A stretch of 64,000 bases of DNA from Patellaria atrata CBS 101060 (Eukaryota): positions 1-64,000 of the forward strand of contig MU006115.1 in NCBI GenBank assembly GCA_010093705.1. The letters are read 5' to 3'. The translations under genes were made by a program, and so were the position numbers. Numbering within the stretch: the first letter of the stretch is position 1; each line of letters starts with the position of its first letter. Below are positions 51,182-63,982 of this stretch, piece by piece. The notes below the pieces were generated by a model. The model had not been told where the DNA came from. It did not search any database and saw nothing but the letters and a program-made list of their open reading frames with translations.

Positions 51182-51987
51182 ATGAAGCACAGTTGTGCAC
51201 AGCTCACGACGTTATGTTAAACTTAAAAAGATTGTGGGAGGCAGTTGCTAAAAGGGGAAAGAACATGCAGGGTATGCTAAGGTACTACACAGCCTTACCC
51301 ACCGTAGTCGCTCACTCTAGGCCATATTCTTTATTAGGATGGATCCTCGTCATTCTTTAAATGCTTCAATTAAACTAGACTTCATGACCTATCTTCTCTC
51401 GGGCTTTTCCTTCCGTGACACACTCTCGTTCTCGAAGGCGGACCCGACTCCTTTGTACATGACTTTCAAAAGGTCATGCTGCCCCCTAACCGTACGTGAG
51501 ACGTAACGTTACTGTACGATAGAAGCTGGATCTGATGCCATTCGCGACTTGGGAGGTGGTATACTTTCGCGCCGTTCCTGGAGTATGTACTTTCTCGTCC
51601 ACTCTGACTGAAACGTAGGAGGGAGCTTGAAGCTATTCTCTATTCAAGCATACGGTAAGGTCAGAGTGGTACGACAAGGGAAAGAAGCATATGATTGCAA
51701 TTCACTTCACGTCTGTGATCAGTGTTGCAGGACATATGGACACTACAGTTAAAGAAATATGCCGGATTGCTCAAAACCTCGAAGGCGAAGGTGAGTTCAA
51801 ATCATACAGTACATACGCCTCGCAATGCATACCCTACCCTACCCACCATTCCGCTCATAGTGAGCATATCGCGCCGAAGATGCCAAGGTATCGTAGCAAG
51901 TAAAGACCCAAACGCCCAAACGCCTCGCTATACATGTCATATCATAATTTCAAAAGGTAGGAAAGCACCCTCTTACATACTTCCCCA

Positions 51988-53484
51988 TTATAGTGTAGAC
52001 CCCGACTCCATGACCATCCTCTGCTCTTCCCGCTTCCTCCTCATCTGCTCTTCCACCTTGTCTTTCTTCGGCTTCTCGTGCGCTTCCATGCACGCCTGGC
52101 AGTATATGACCTCGCAAGAACGGCAGTCGTACGCCCTGCTCTTGGGTACCGGCAGGGAGGAAGCAGAAGACGCGTATGAACTCGATCCCGACGCATAGGT
52201 CGAATTCATGGTGCTCGGGCTGGACGGAATTGGGTCCGTAGCGGAATTCGTATTCGGCCTCTTGGTCAGAGGCTCGGGGGCCGGATCTGGTTCTCGGGCC
52301 CTCTTCTTCTCCTTCCCCTTTTGCTTCGAGGGTACCGTCAACGGGACGAAGATCTCAGGTTCGATAGGAGCGAAACACTTCATGCATTCCATCTCCATTC
52401 GGCCGGCCTTTCGCTCTTCCTCGGCGTACGCGAACTGCATCCTCATCGGCCCGTTAAAGATATGATCACAGTGCCAGAGACCTTCGTCCTCGTCTTCGTT
52501 AGGCTCTTCGCCGAAGTCCAGATCCTGGTTTTCCCAGTAGTGTGGGGAACCGCGGTCCAAGTTAGGTTGTCGGTGATGGATGCTGGGGGTGGTAGCATTG
52601 TCTACCGATGGGCCAGCTACCGGTGCAAGAACGGCCGGGGGTTCTGGAGGGATAAGAGCCGTCGTTGATAAGTTTGCATCTGGATGGAAAGGAAGATCCT
52701 GTAGGGTCCTATCGGCTTCAGCACCCTCCATCAGGTCCTCCGAGCTCTCTGCAGCGGGCAATGGGTGCTCCTCTGGCACGACCGGTTCGTCGTCATCACC
52801 ATCGGTCTCTTCCCCAGCATTATGTGGGGCGCAGTTTCGCGTGCAAGCGGAGATTGGTCGTTGACACCACCAACACCACTGTGCGCCACATACACATTGC
52901 ATATGTGTACAGCCGTACATCCGCTTGATGCCAGTTCTGCACTTGGGACACCGCCTATATCCCCATTCTTTTAGGGCGTTTTCGAGATCTGGATCTGTTT
53001 CCTTCGTACAAGCAGCATCAGGGTGCTCTTTCTGACCGCATGAGATGCAGATCCTGGTCTCGCACTTTGGGCACGTAGGTTCCTTCGCTATCCGCGCTGG
53101 AAGCAAGAATGCAGAGCACGTCGGAATCGGACAATATGTGGGATTTGGAGTCATCCATTCCTGGAGCATCTCACGGTATTTCGTAACCTCTTCCTTGGAG
53201 AGGTACGGCAGGCCAATATGAATTGGAATCATGCCGCAGCACCGCGCTGGCATTTCCCGCATGTTGCTCATGGCGCGTACGAAGATGTTTCTTGTGCAAG
53301 CTTTGCAGTAGTGGCTAGCGCAATTTCTGCATGGCTTGACAAGGCTAACATTGATCTCGTCACCCTCAAATTCTGTACAGCAGATGATACAGTTTCTCCT
53401 CAGAACCGGTGGCGCAGGTTTCTTCGTCGCTGGTGGGGAAGTGACTGGCGAGTTATAGGCCTGCTCAGGAGCCGACCCGTCCAT
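51988..53484 (-). CDS. IBR/RING-between-RING domain protein (putative E3 ubiquitin ligase)
   Basis: CIICC...PCRNCASHYCKAC...PARCC, YCPIPTCS...CPKC...CISC...H, RCPKC...GCTHMQCVCGAQWCWWC. Confidence 0.88.
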   Translation of the reverse strand: MDGSAPEQAYNSPVTSPPATKKPAPPVLRRNCIICCTEFEGDEINVSLVKPCRNCASHYCKACTRNIFVRAMSNMREMPARCCGMIPIHIGLPYLSKEEVTKYREMLQEWMTPNPTYCPIPTCSAFLLPARIAKEPTCPKCETRICISCGQKEHPDAACTKETDPDLENALKEWGYRRCPKCRTGIKRMYGCTHMQCVCGAQWCWWCQRPISACTRNCAPHNAGEETDGDDDEPVVPEEHPLPAAESSEDLMEGAEADRTLQDLPFHPDANLSTTALIPPEPPAVLAPVAGPSVDNATTPSIHHRQPNLDRGSPHYWENQDLDFGEEPNEDEDEGLWHCDHIFNGPMRMQFAYAEEERKAGRMEMECMKCFAPIEPEIFVPLTVPSKQKGKEKKRAREPDPAPEPLTKRPNTNSATDPIPSSPSTMNSTYASGSSSYASSASSLPVPKSRAYDCRSCEVIYCQACMEAHEKPKKDKVEEQMRRKREEQRMVMESGSTL

Positions 53485-54801
53485 GTTGTCTTGAGGGTAA
53501 AATGGTAAATTGTGCAGAAAATTTCGGTGCTCCAGTGGATATGTGTCCGAGCGTAGAGTTTCCGAGACTTGAAAGTCTGAGATGTGAAATCTAGAAAAAA
53601 GGTCGAGAAGGTCGTCGTCGAAGTTCGCTAAATTACTGTAAGCAAATTCGTCTGCTTATCACAGGTGAAGGTTCGTTACGAGATTCGCCAACAACAGGAG
53701 GCAATTGCGACCTTGATTTCGACTCGCTCAAAACAGAAGGAGACTGTTTCCGCCTGCTCTTAACAAAGCGGGAAATTGAGCAGCCCATTGTTATTATAAG
53801 AGATATTGAAGACTTTATGTTCAAAGTGGTATTCTAGAATTTAGACTGACTTTATAGATGGAGACTAAGGTGGTAAATTGTTGCGAGAGTTCTGAATGAT
53901 ATATAAAATCGATAGGTTGGTTGAAAGCCAGAATATCTTAAATACCTCCCATCAGGGCCGGTGCAATCTTTAAATACGACTCAATGGGACCGTTTGACTC
54001 ATATTCTTAGATTCGGAGTTGCAAAGGTAGATAGTTATCTCTTGCTTAACACTTAGAAGTTAGGTGATTGTATGAAGCGTTTGTCCTAATGAGGCTGATG
54101 GGGCCTGTTTACAGCGTGGTGGATTGGATGGTTGCCTGCATTGCCTTAAATGATTGTGGCTCGGCCAGTTATTGATGCAACTTGATAGGTCAGTTCATAT
54201 ACTTCGACTCATATTCTGATCTTCAAAATATGCGGGCAATGACGGTAGCGTATGTCCATATTCATGTCACCGCTGGCCTACGACTGTGCCAGGACTCTGT
54301 ATAATGATGTAGCAGTGCAGTACAGTTGCTCTTGTATTCGTACCATACAGCCCAACTTCAAGGTTGTCCACTGTAATGGTTCGCCGCGTTTGCCATCAAT
54401 TCGTTGTAATTGAATGTTTGAGAGCAGGATTCTGTCTAGTATTGACTGACCAATTTCTCGATTGTTAAGGAAGAAAAGTTTATGACGTTCAAATTCAACA
54501 CTCATCAATCGACCTTTGGCCTAATCGGGACTAGTTCCAGAATTTCATTAAAGTTGGCAAGGATAACCTAATCCTCTTGTTCCCTTATCCCCTGAATACA
54601 TCGTATGAACAGATACTATTTAGTTCGCTATGCTACTTCTACCATGAAAATGCTAGGCAGATGAGACGAGAACGTCTGTGAGACTCCATGATCTATCGTC
54701 ATTAGTTGTATCCCACAACGCCCACCTATGACAACGTGAAAATGAGGAAATCTTGACAGAGTGGAAAACAACATCCAAGAGTTTTGTACAAGAAATATAA
54801 A

Positions 54802-57014
54802 CTAGAAGGGGTAACCTCCTGGGAACTGTTGGCCACCACCTCTCTGTCTTCCACCTCCCATGCCAGCAGCTCCGAAAGGGTTTCCCCCTCCTCCAGTGGA
54901 GAAGGTGAATCCACCTCCACCACCACCACCACCGCCGCCTCCCATCATGTTGAATAGCATCTCGGGACTGATGCCTCCCATACCACCGCCTGGGAAGCCA
55001 CCCATCCCGCCTCCAAACATCTCAGAGGGGTCGATGAGATCCTCGCCGCTGTCGTAACGCTGTCGCTTCCTGCACTTGATGTTAGCAACTGCCCAGAACC
55101 TTGGAAAATGGGTACGAACTGTGGATCACTCAACGTCTCATAAGCTTCTCCGATATCCTTGAACCGATCAGCTGCAGCGGGGTCATCAGGGTTCTTATCC
55201 GGATGGTGAATAATAGCGAGTTTCCTGTAGGCTTTCTTGATCTGGTTTTCGTCTGCATCCTTCTCAACGCCGAGGATCTTGTAATAGTCTTTCCGTTTGG
55301 CCTTCTTTAATTCAAGTTCTGCGTTCCTGATGTCCTTGGCAATTCCTGGTTCCGAAGGATTGGCCTCCTGGATCGCCTTGTACTCTTCTGAAGCCTTTTG
55401 CCAATCCCCTGATTCCCCATACGCTTTGGCTCTTGTTTTCCTAGCCTTGGTATATGATGGATCTAGCTCTAAGGCACGGTCACAGTCCGCAATTGCCGAA
55501 CCGTAATCTTTGAGCTGTATTATGTTGTTAGCTAATGGTTGATTGCCATTCAGATTTCGTTCCAAATACCTTTGTCGCACACAGGGCCCTGTTCTGCAGA
55601 ATCTTCGAATTTGTGCCTTTATTCGATGGATCCACATCCAGTGCTTGGGTGTACATGTTTATCGCCTCCTGATACCTCCCGCTCTTGAAGTGCGTATTGC
55701 CTTCTTCCTTCATTCGTTCAAGCTTTTGTACCATCCGCAGATACTTAACCGCGTCCTTGAAATCGGGATCGCAGCTTAATGCTTGCCTAAAGTGCTGTAT
55801 TGCTTTCTCGTTCTCTCCTTGGGCGTATAAGACCTTCCCACGCAGAACTAGCGCCTCCGGGTCCTGGTTATTGTTCCTTAACAAGCTCATGGCTACATTT
55901 TGTGCATCACCTAAGGAGTTAACGTTCCCCATCTTCAAGTATGCCTCTCCTCTCATAAGTGCCCATTTTCTAGGCCGTAAAACGGTTGACCCGAGACCCT
56001 TTTCAGCTTGATCCAAAGCATGTATGACCATTGATCCTGAAGACCCGGTTGCCAATTGCTCCTCTGCCTGGTTAAGGTGTTGCATCATACCAACAGCAGG
56101 TGCTCTATCTTTCGCACTGGCAGGCGGATCAATCCTATCGTACGCTTCGAGAGCCTCTGCAGGACGACCTAAACTCGTGTAAATCCTCCCCAGCCTGAGC
56201 AAAAACTTCGCATTATCCGGTTCCAGCTCATCCGCAATCTTCGCGTCCTCCAAAGCTTCGTGGAACCGGTTTGCAGACATGTATGCTGCAGCACGATTGC
56301 CTCTATAAGTGGCGGATTTTGGATCTGCATCAATGGCTGCAAATTGCACGTGTCAGCCTATGTTTGCCTACACATTTTGCACATTATGAAACATCGCAAC
56401 GAACCCTTTGTGTACTCTTTGATAGCCTTGTCATATTCCTTGGCCTTGAAAAACTTATTCCCCGCAGCTTTATATGCTTCCGGACCCGTGGCTGACTGCA
56501 CAGGTTGGGCAGGCGATTGTGGGGGTGGACTTGTGTATTTGTGTGGAGGGGGAGCTGGGCCTATTTCTTCATCTTCTTTGGTGCCATTTGTAGGTGCTGG
56601 TGCTGGTGCTGGTGCTGGTGTGGGTGTGCCATTCACTTTTGGAAATGCTCCTGGTGTAACGTTGACCGGACTTGCGGGTGTTGGTGAAGCAGTGAATTCG
56701 CGATCTATGTCCATTGGAGTGGGAGGTTGCTCATTGTTGAGGGCGGACATGGTGGCTGATAGCCTTCTGCGGTCCTCCGGTGGGAGGTTGAGCGGGTGAG
56801 AATTTGGGTCGTAGCGGGAAGATTTCGAGTGGGTTTTGGAGGAGTGAGAGGAGGAGGAGTACGACTTGCGGTTGTGCTCCCGGTCTTTGGAGTTTCGGCT
56901 GGTGAAGGACTTTTTCTCAGGCGAGGAGGGCGGAGTTCCAGTATCAGGTCTATCTTGTTCGCCCACTTTCTTTTTGGAGGAAGAGCTTTTGTTAAAGATG
57001 TTAGGCAGAACCAT
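54802..57014 (-). CDS. DNAJC7: TPR-repeat DnaJ co-chaperone (DNAJC7/Tpr2-like); introns 56337-56404, 55515-55569 and 55070-55119
   Basis: Multiple TPR repeats ([26 protein letters not shown]), J domain RKDYYKILG...HHPDKN...[15 protein letters not shown] and a Gly/Phe-rich tail. Confidence 0.93.
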
Positions 57015-57951
57015 TCCGACGGGCCTTTAAACGAGGACCTAAAAATTTGTGTGAAATTCTGCGGTAAGCTTGCTTAATCAGTCGAAGCCAACAAGCGTTA
57101 CACAGCTAACTCAGCTAAACACTTTCAAAAATTCAAAGAAATCTATCAGAACTAACGTTAGGGCCAAATGTTTTGAACGGCTGCTAGGGAAAATCCAGAA
57201 AAGTCAAGTGTAATAAGAGGCTGTTGTACCGCTGTATGTTTCTCCAGCCGTACCAGCCTTCCTTGTCAAAACAATCCTCTCTACCGAAGCTCAAAGAACA
57301 TTCTATGACGGCCTGAGGGAGTTTGCGTGCAAAAGTCAGCAAGTTTTATATTCACCCGGAAACTAGACTACCTTAAGGTAAATAAAATGACAACTGCGTC
57401 ATCCGATCAAACTTCTATCTTCACATTTCTTTGTTCAAGTCTCATATCGCTTCAATTCAAAATGTTTAAGTCTTTAAGTCACTGTTTTGATTTTGCTACC
57501 CTGGACAGAACGCTTATGCATGAATTTCAAAAGTGGTGGGAGAACTCCTTGCTACCTTACAGTATGTATCGTTGAACTATTCATATCAGAACCTTCTACT
57601 CAGCTGAGGCTAACTAACTAACAACAAGTTGCTGCAAGTGGATATACGGAGTATGGTTCAACGTACCAGATGGTGATAGCATATGCATTCCCATTTAGGA
57701 ACAAGGTTTCAAATGTACACGGCGGAGAACGTTGTGACCGTTCTAGGACACCGTGTGTTGTGAACATAGCCTATCGTGACTCAACGATGGAGGGCTTAAA
57801 ACTACGCTCATCCTCCCATAGTCTCATGAAGTCTTGCTATTTCCAATTGTCTTAAAACTTTCGTCTTAGAGTATATATTCGATTGTCTTCTCAATCCAAA
57901 TAACATCTTTTCACAATATTAAAACCAATTTCGATTAGGTCTCATTTCATA

Positions 57952-58608
57952 ATGTCATCCGAAAAAGCTTCTATCCCATACCGCCAAATTCGAGCCCAAT
58001 ACGACGCCAAGACAATAACCGTGTACCAAGCCTACTCATCCTCCATCGCAATCCCAGCCGTAGAATTCCAAAAGCTAGATGCCTCACCTAACTTCAGTGC
58101 CTCCCGTATGACATGGATCAAACCCAGCTGGTCCTGGATGATGTACCGCTCAGGCTATTCCTACAAGGATGACCGCCAGGCTCACATACTCGCCATCAAG
58201 TTGACTCATGAAGGCTTCTTGGAGCTATTGAGACGGGCAACCCTCACGACCGAGGTCCAAAGCGAACAGACGGGGAAGAAGGTCCAGCGAAAAGAGAGAG
58301 GAGAAAGTGTAAAGTCCGTGAGAGTGCAGTGGGATCCTGAACGTACTCATAATTTGGGGAGATTGGAATATCGTAGTATCCAGATAGGAATAGCTGGGGA
58401 AGTTACGAAGAAAGAGTGGATCGATAAGTGGATTGTGGAGATCGAGGATGTTACCGAAAGAGCGCGAGCTCTAAAGAAAGCGCTGGATGAGAAATCGGAT
58501 CTGACTAAGGATGAACTTTTGGATCTGGGTTTAATCCCCGAAGAAAGGGAGTTTGAGGTACCGGAGGAAATAAGGAAGATATTGGTTATGGATTATTCTA
58601 AGCAGTAG
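57952..58608 (+). CDS. DUF4291 family protein
   Basis: RQIRAQYD..TITVYQAY, RMTWIKPSWSWMMYRSGY, VRVQWDPER, RSIQIGI. Confidence 0.9.
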   Translation: MSSEKASIPYRQIRAQYDAKTITVYQAYSSSIAIPAVEFQKLDASPNFSASRMTWIKPSWSWMMYRSGYSYKDDRQAHILAIKLTHEGFLELLRRATLTTEVQSEQTGKKVQRKERGESVKSVRVQWDPERTHNLGRLEYRSIQIGIAGEVTKKEWIDKWIVEIEDVTERARALKKALDEKSDLTKDELLDLGLIPEEREFEVPEEIRKILVMDYSKQ

Positions 58609-60985
58609 CACTTCAGCTGCGAAAGCAATTCTCTTTCTTTAATATGTTACATTCTCTTCCCTATGCTCATCGGCACTCTTCAATTACTGTGCGACTGCTG
58701 TACCTCACTCGATTTTTACAAAGTCGAATTATTGGTACATGGTCGTACTTCCATCTTTGAATCACATATGCACGCCGTAAATTCTGTACGTTGATCATCC
58801 AGCAGAAAATAGGTCCTCTTATGTAGTCAATAATCTTGTATAACATATGTCAGTTCAATACATCATGCAATTAAGCTCTTTGTACTGTACTGTACAGTAC
58901 AGGTGAGCTATTTTTGCACAGTTTCGTATTTCATACGAATCAACCCTCCTTGTACAACCGGGTTGGAGATGATTTACGAGTATTACCACAGTGAGTACAT
59001 AGCCCCATGATATTTATGGGTCTTGAGCATATTTGGTTGATGGGCTGCGACCGCTAGCTCTTGTAGAAGACATCAAATTCAGCGCGAGTTTTTCAAATTT
59101 CTAAACAAACCAGCAATCTTATCAAGGAGAACTTGGCTCTCACGAATAGGGACAAACTTGAACTTCTGGTAGATGCTTTGTGTGTCCCCGAAAGTCCTAT
59201 AGGGCAACCAACTGATTACCCCTATGGTTGTTGAATCTGTGGCAAACGTTTATGATTTGGATGAGTTATAATATTCCAAGTGTTCGAACATTTGGTTTGT
59301 AAATTCCACGTCTGCGTTTTCGGACTGTCGAAGGAGCTCACCATTTACCTTAGGATTTGGAATTCGAGCAGGCTATGTTAATTGTTTAACTGGAATACTT
59401 AGGTTAAGTTCGTATTTCTGCAATAAAAATATCCAAGTGGAAAGGACCATTATTATCTTCTCATTAGTAACCATAGCAACTCATTGTGGACATTGTTTCA
59501 CGCAGTCGCCACCTGGGAGGGTAATACAAGTGAATTATCAATAATTGTTCCTCTCCCTCGGTCTCTTCTCAATTTAGTTGGATTCCACATCGTAATACTA
59601 ACCACTTGAGTCTAATAATTACTTCCCTGTTTCTTGAGCTCAACCAATACTCACGGGCCCTTCATGGTTTTAAGGCTTTGCCTTTCTTTGAAGTGAAGGA
59701 GCCTAGTTGTCATCTAAATTTCCAGTCGCAGAATATTCGACTTCGAAGCTCAAAAGAATTCGTTTCTCAATTACCTCTCCCACTCATGATTGGATCCACG
59801 AACGAGACATTACCCAATTGCTTGCAACAACCCAGCAAGTATACATGAATACATAATACATGGAATTCTGCACCGTTTCCAAATATCAGACATGCGGAGT
59901 ACATTACTAAGACAACAAGAGAAGGATACTGGTAGGAGAGTTATGTAAGTGAAAAGAAAGCTTCGAGTAGAATGCACTCAGCCTCAGATTAGATACTACA
60001 TACGAACAAGTCGTACCGGAACTATGAAGCGGACACCATTTGCTATTCACTACGCCGAGCAGTCGGACCCGGCCTTCCAGATCATGACGGTCCAAGGTTA
60101 ACGACTTTACGGTCTTCAAATTGCCACAAGAAGTTGGATCCAGTTGTCATATGTTTCCTCTTTACTGCGATCCTGGAGAATGAACCTGGAGCGCTGTATG
60201 ACAATCCAAAGCAGTGTATCCACAAGACTGTCAATATCATGGGATCCTCAGGTAAACCGCTTACTCTCCATCATCAATACTTTCTACAATACCGTGGCTA
60301 CTTAAACGGCAGAGTAAATATCAGTTGTCCCCCCAGCAACCTCTCCGAGCTCTTTTCTGGTACGCCGGGTACCCATGTACACATACATTCAGGAATTCCC
60401 ACCAAGAACGACACATACATTACGCACTACGATCCCCGACTCCCCACAGTCATTCCGCAACAGCAACATACTCCGTTACCCGAATCATACTTCCAACCTT
60501 GACCATGGTTCGACTTCACTCTTCAAACCCCTGATCCTACAGTTCTGTCTCTGGTCCGGTGCAGTTCTCTGTCAAACCTCTAGGACCTCTCCTCTGTCAT
60601 ACGCAGTAACGCAATTACACCGAATGGCGCGGAACGCGCATACTCGTATGAGAGCATCGACTCCAACGTTCTCTGGATATGGCCGAGCTGTACACTGAAC
60701 ATCAAATCCCCGGACGTAACGCATGGGCAGGAAGCTGTAATCGGGGCGGTACCGTTATTTGCGGCTGGGGATCGGTAGGTGTATCTGGTCCTGGGAAAGT
60801 GGTGGAAGCGATTGTAATGTACGTGTATTCATTGAGCCGAGTAACATATTTGGTAGATTTTGTGGATGGATATCCTGGTGTCTGTAGTAACCTTGATCGA
60901 GATATTACGGGAGGTCCGCCTGAATATGATAAGTGTTCGACCATCAACCCCTAATAGCAAACTAACTCAGAGTGTCAAAACTGCT

Positions 60986-61624
60986 TCAATTCTGCCTCGG
61001 TTTCATAATCCCATCATGAACGATATAATACACAATTGTACTATCATCGTTCACAACAGCCAGCAGCACTCGTTTCTTCGACCTCCACATATTCCTCTTC
61101 GTTTCGGCATCCGCGCCCTCATCATCTTCCCCCTCGTCCCTATCAGGCGGCACAACCCCAACCCCCCCAAAAATCTCCGCCAACCTCCTCAACGTCCACT
61201 TCTCCCCCAAATGCGTCGGCAAAACCCACTCCCTCTCCGGTCTCTTGCCCCAAATCTCCTCCATATCCCCCTCCTCTTCACCCCTACCGTCACCTCCACG
61301 TCTCAATACTTCCCCTCCTTTCTTCCCACCTTTCCTAGCCTCCCTACTCACCATCTCCACCTGCTCATCCGGATGCACATACAGCCTCTGCGGCGGCGTC
61401 CCCGCCAACATCGGCCTTGCTAACCTCCGGCCATCGAGAGGAGAGTGCGTGTGCAGGTGGAGGCGCGTCCAGCGGTGCTCGTAGCGGAGGCTGTGCTCGA
61501 TTTGCAGGGCGAGGGAGATGTAGGGTTGCTCGTGGTCGGGGCTGGGGTATTGGGAGAGGTGGGTTGAGAGGTGGGAGGATAGGGCGGAGGGTTTGGGGAG
61601 GACTGGAGAGGGATGAGTGAGCAT
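60986..61624 (-). CDS. SEN15: tRNA-splicing endonuclease subunit Sen15 (fungal type)
   Basis: QIEHSLRYEHRW, PPQRLYVHPDEQ, EREWVLPTHLGEKWTL, KRVLLAVVNDDSTIVYYIVHDGIMKPRQN. Confidence 0.92.
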   Translation of the reverse strand: MLTHPSPVLPKPSALSSHLSTHLSQYPSPDHEQPYISLALQIEHSLRYEHRWTRLHLHTHSPLDGRRLARPMLAGTPPQRLYVHPDEQVEMVSREARKGGKKGGEVLRRGGDGRGEEEGDMEEIWGKRPEREWVLPTHLGEKWTLRRLAEIFGGVGVVPPDRDEGEDDEGADAETKRNMWRSKKRVLLAVVNDDSTIVYYIVHDGIMKPRQN

Positions 61625-62234
61625 GGTAGATTATTTGTATTTTTGAGTGATGGGATTTGAGCGTAGGAGATTGTATGATTTGGACATTCTTCTGGAGTAG
61701 AGATGAGTCCGGGGTCAATCTATGGACGGAAATTGTACGCGAGGTTTGGTTTAGCGTACAATTGCCGTAGGAAATATTGAGTGCGGGGTTAGATAACTAA
61801 GGCACCAATTCTGATTATGGTGGACGAAGTTCATTCTAGAAAATGGTCCTCAGTACCTTTATAACCTTAATCTTCTGGGCCTTTAACTGTTATATGTATT
61901 TACGAAATTTCGAAGAGTACCTTAATTACTTTGCGCAGTCATCAACCGACTTGGAGCAAGATCTTTGATTACTGTAGAATATAGAGAAAGATCTATAGTT
62001 ATGAAGTAAAGATTGGCTTTGGGACTGTGTTTTGCTGCCATCATCCCAACCGCAAAGCAAAAGTTCGCTCGCATACCAAATGGTCAACAGATTTGACCTT
62101 AACCCCTGGTCCAAGTGCCGTCGGAAGCAATAAAAGGATAGTACGTTTTAAGATAAATTGAAAGAGGTTACAGATAAAGTTTTGATGCTTGAGTGATAAA
62201 TTTCGAGACGGTATTGTCTTTCTAAGATGCATGG

Positions 62235-63982
62235 TTACGCGATGCCCATGATCTCAATACTACCATCATCGTACATCTTCATTCTGGCAGTTTGGTGATC
62301 ATTATAAGCTCATAAGGTGTAGAGTATAAGAAGAACCGAATACTGACCTTATCCATACTGTGCAAGTCTCTGAAATAGCATATATCATCATAACGACAAT
62401 CATCATTCGGACAAGTGTGGCCGTAGTAGCAATCGATATCCCTACAGTCACTCCATTTATCGCAGCACCTAAACCTCGCCATCTGTTTCAAAGAAAGTAG
62501 TTCCCCAGCAGTTAACTTAGGAGCATGAGAGTATGTGCAATAACGGTCATTGTCACACTTGCCAAGTACATGATAATCATTACAAACTTTCTGCTTTTTA
62601 ACCCTAGCACGTAAGCTGTCCATTGCTGTACGATCCGGTTTCTGTAGGGCCAGGTCTAGCCGTTCGTCATACATGTTCAGCACGAGATATTTACGAGCTA
62701 CGGGTTTAATAGGAGCAATAGATATGATCTTTTCTGAAATACCGCTCTTACCAACGGTCGCCCAGCTCGAACTAGGTTGAGGCGAGTCTGGCGGCTTTGT
62801 GGCATGCGGGACAGTGGATGCGCTCTTGAGTTTAGGTGACCCTGCTGAATTAACGGTGGAAGGAGGTGATACAACGGTTTTAGCTGGTGTCTGAATGGAA
62901 GGTACAGATACGGGTGCAACCTGTGGGCCTGGGAGAAATGGTTGAGGAGAGGAGGGTTCTCGTTGGAGGTTGACATCAGTTGGCGTTGCCTGTTGAAGGT
63001 CGGATAGGGAGAACCCAGGAGGAGGATAAATAGCTGGTATGGTGGTCTGAAATACAAAAGAAGCTGCTTGAGGATATAACAATGGTGGATCTGGGAGAAG
63101 CTCATATCTAAATACTGACGGGAATTGAGTGGTTATAAAGTTTAAAGTTCGGAACCTAGGCTCAGCCGGCGTAGTGTCCAGAAGTGTAATACGGGAGGAA
63201 GTGAAGCTATCGTGCTTGTACGACTCTGGGTTGGGTATGTATCCATTATCGTGGCAGCCACTAAATATAATGTTTGCACTGGTTATTCAGGATGAAAAGC
63301 CGAAACATTTCTGTGTTTCCATTTAGCAGATTCACCCGTAATGCACACTGGGGGTAGGAGTCAGTACTTTTTGATGTATGATCAGCTCTCTCACTGTTAT
63401 TAGATGTGTTGCTTTATTTCGGTGAGTAGTCTGTGTGCAGCGTCAGAGCCCCCTTCGCTTCCAGCTTTTAGAAGTAGGTCTTGAAACGGGAATTAATATT
63501 AGCATTTGCTGAAAATAAAATCTATTTGCGGAACCTACGATTGCTCCATCTCCATCTATGAGTACTGGCACGAAAGGGTTGCTCTTTTGTAATACCGTGA
63601 GCCTCTCCTATTGTCCCTATCGACGGCAAGTCTACCATATTTTGTTTTGCAGTAGCCAACAGCTTAGTCCGGCTTGCAGCCTCGCTTTGCCACAATCGTC
63701 TTGATTGTACCTCATTGTCGTGGTCGTTACATTTCTCCTGATATGCTCTTTGTAGCGTGTAATTAGGTCCTGGCAGGGCTTCTTTAGTAATCTTTTCGGG
63801 CAGTAACGCGGCTTTTGTTTTAGGGGGAGGAAGATCCTAATAGAGAGCCTCCATTGTGAATATCATGTCGTACAACTCACATATACAAATGCGTCTCTCT
63901 GCAAATCATTCTTCCTGAACGTTTCGAGCTGGGGCTCTAAACTATACGTATCTTCAATATTCTCGATTCCCCCCATTGCCAT
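62235..63982 (-). pseudogene. Disrupted fungal CCCH zinc-finger gene (N-terminal IDGDG...GCHDNGY domain plus tandem CCCH fingers)
   Basis: Motifs NPFVPVLIDGDGAI, AGSEGGSDAA, CKH/IFSGCHDNGY and CNDYHVLGKC...CTYSH are present. Lesions: in-frame TAA TAA after KQHI (~63400), frameshift at ~63269, acceptor reading CG instead of AG at 63487-63488, and apparent CAA instead of CAG at the last acceptor (~62293). Confidence 0.75.
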
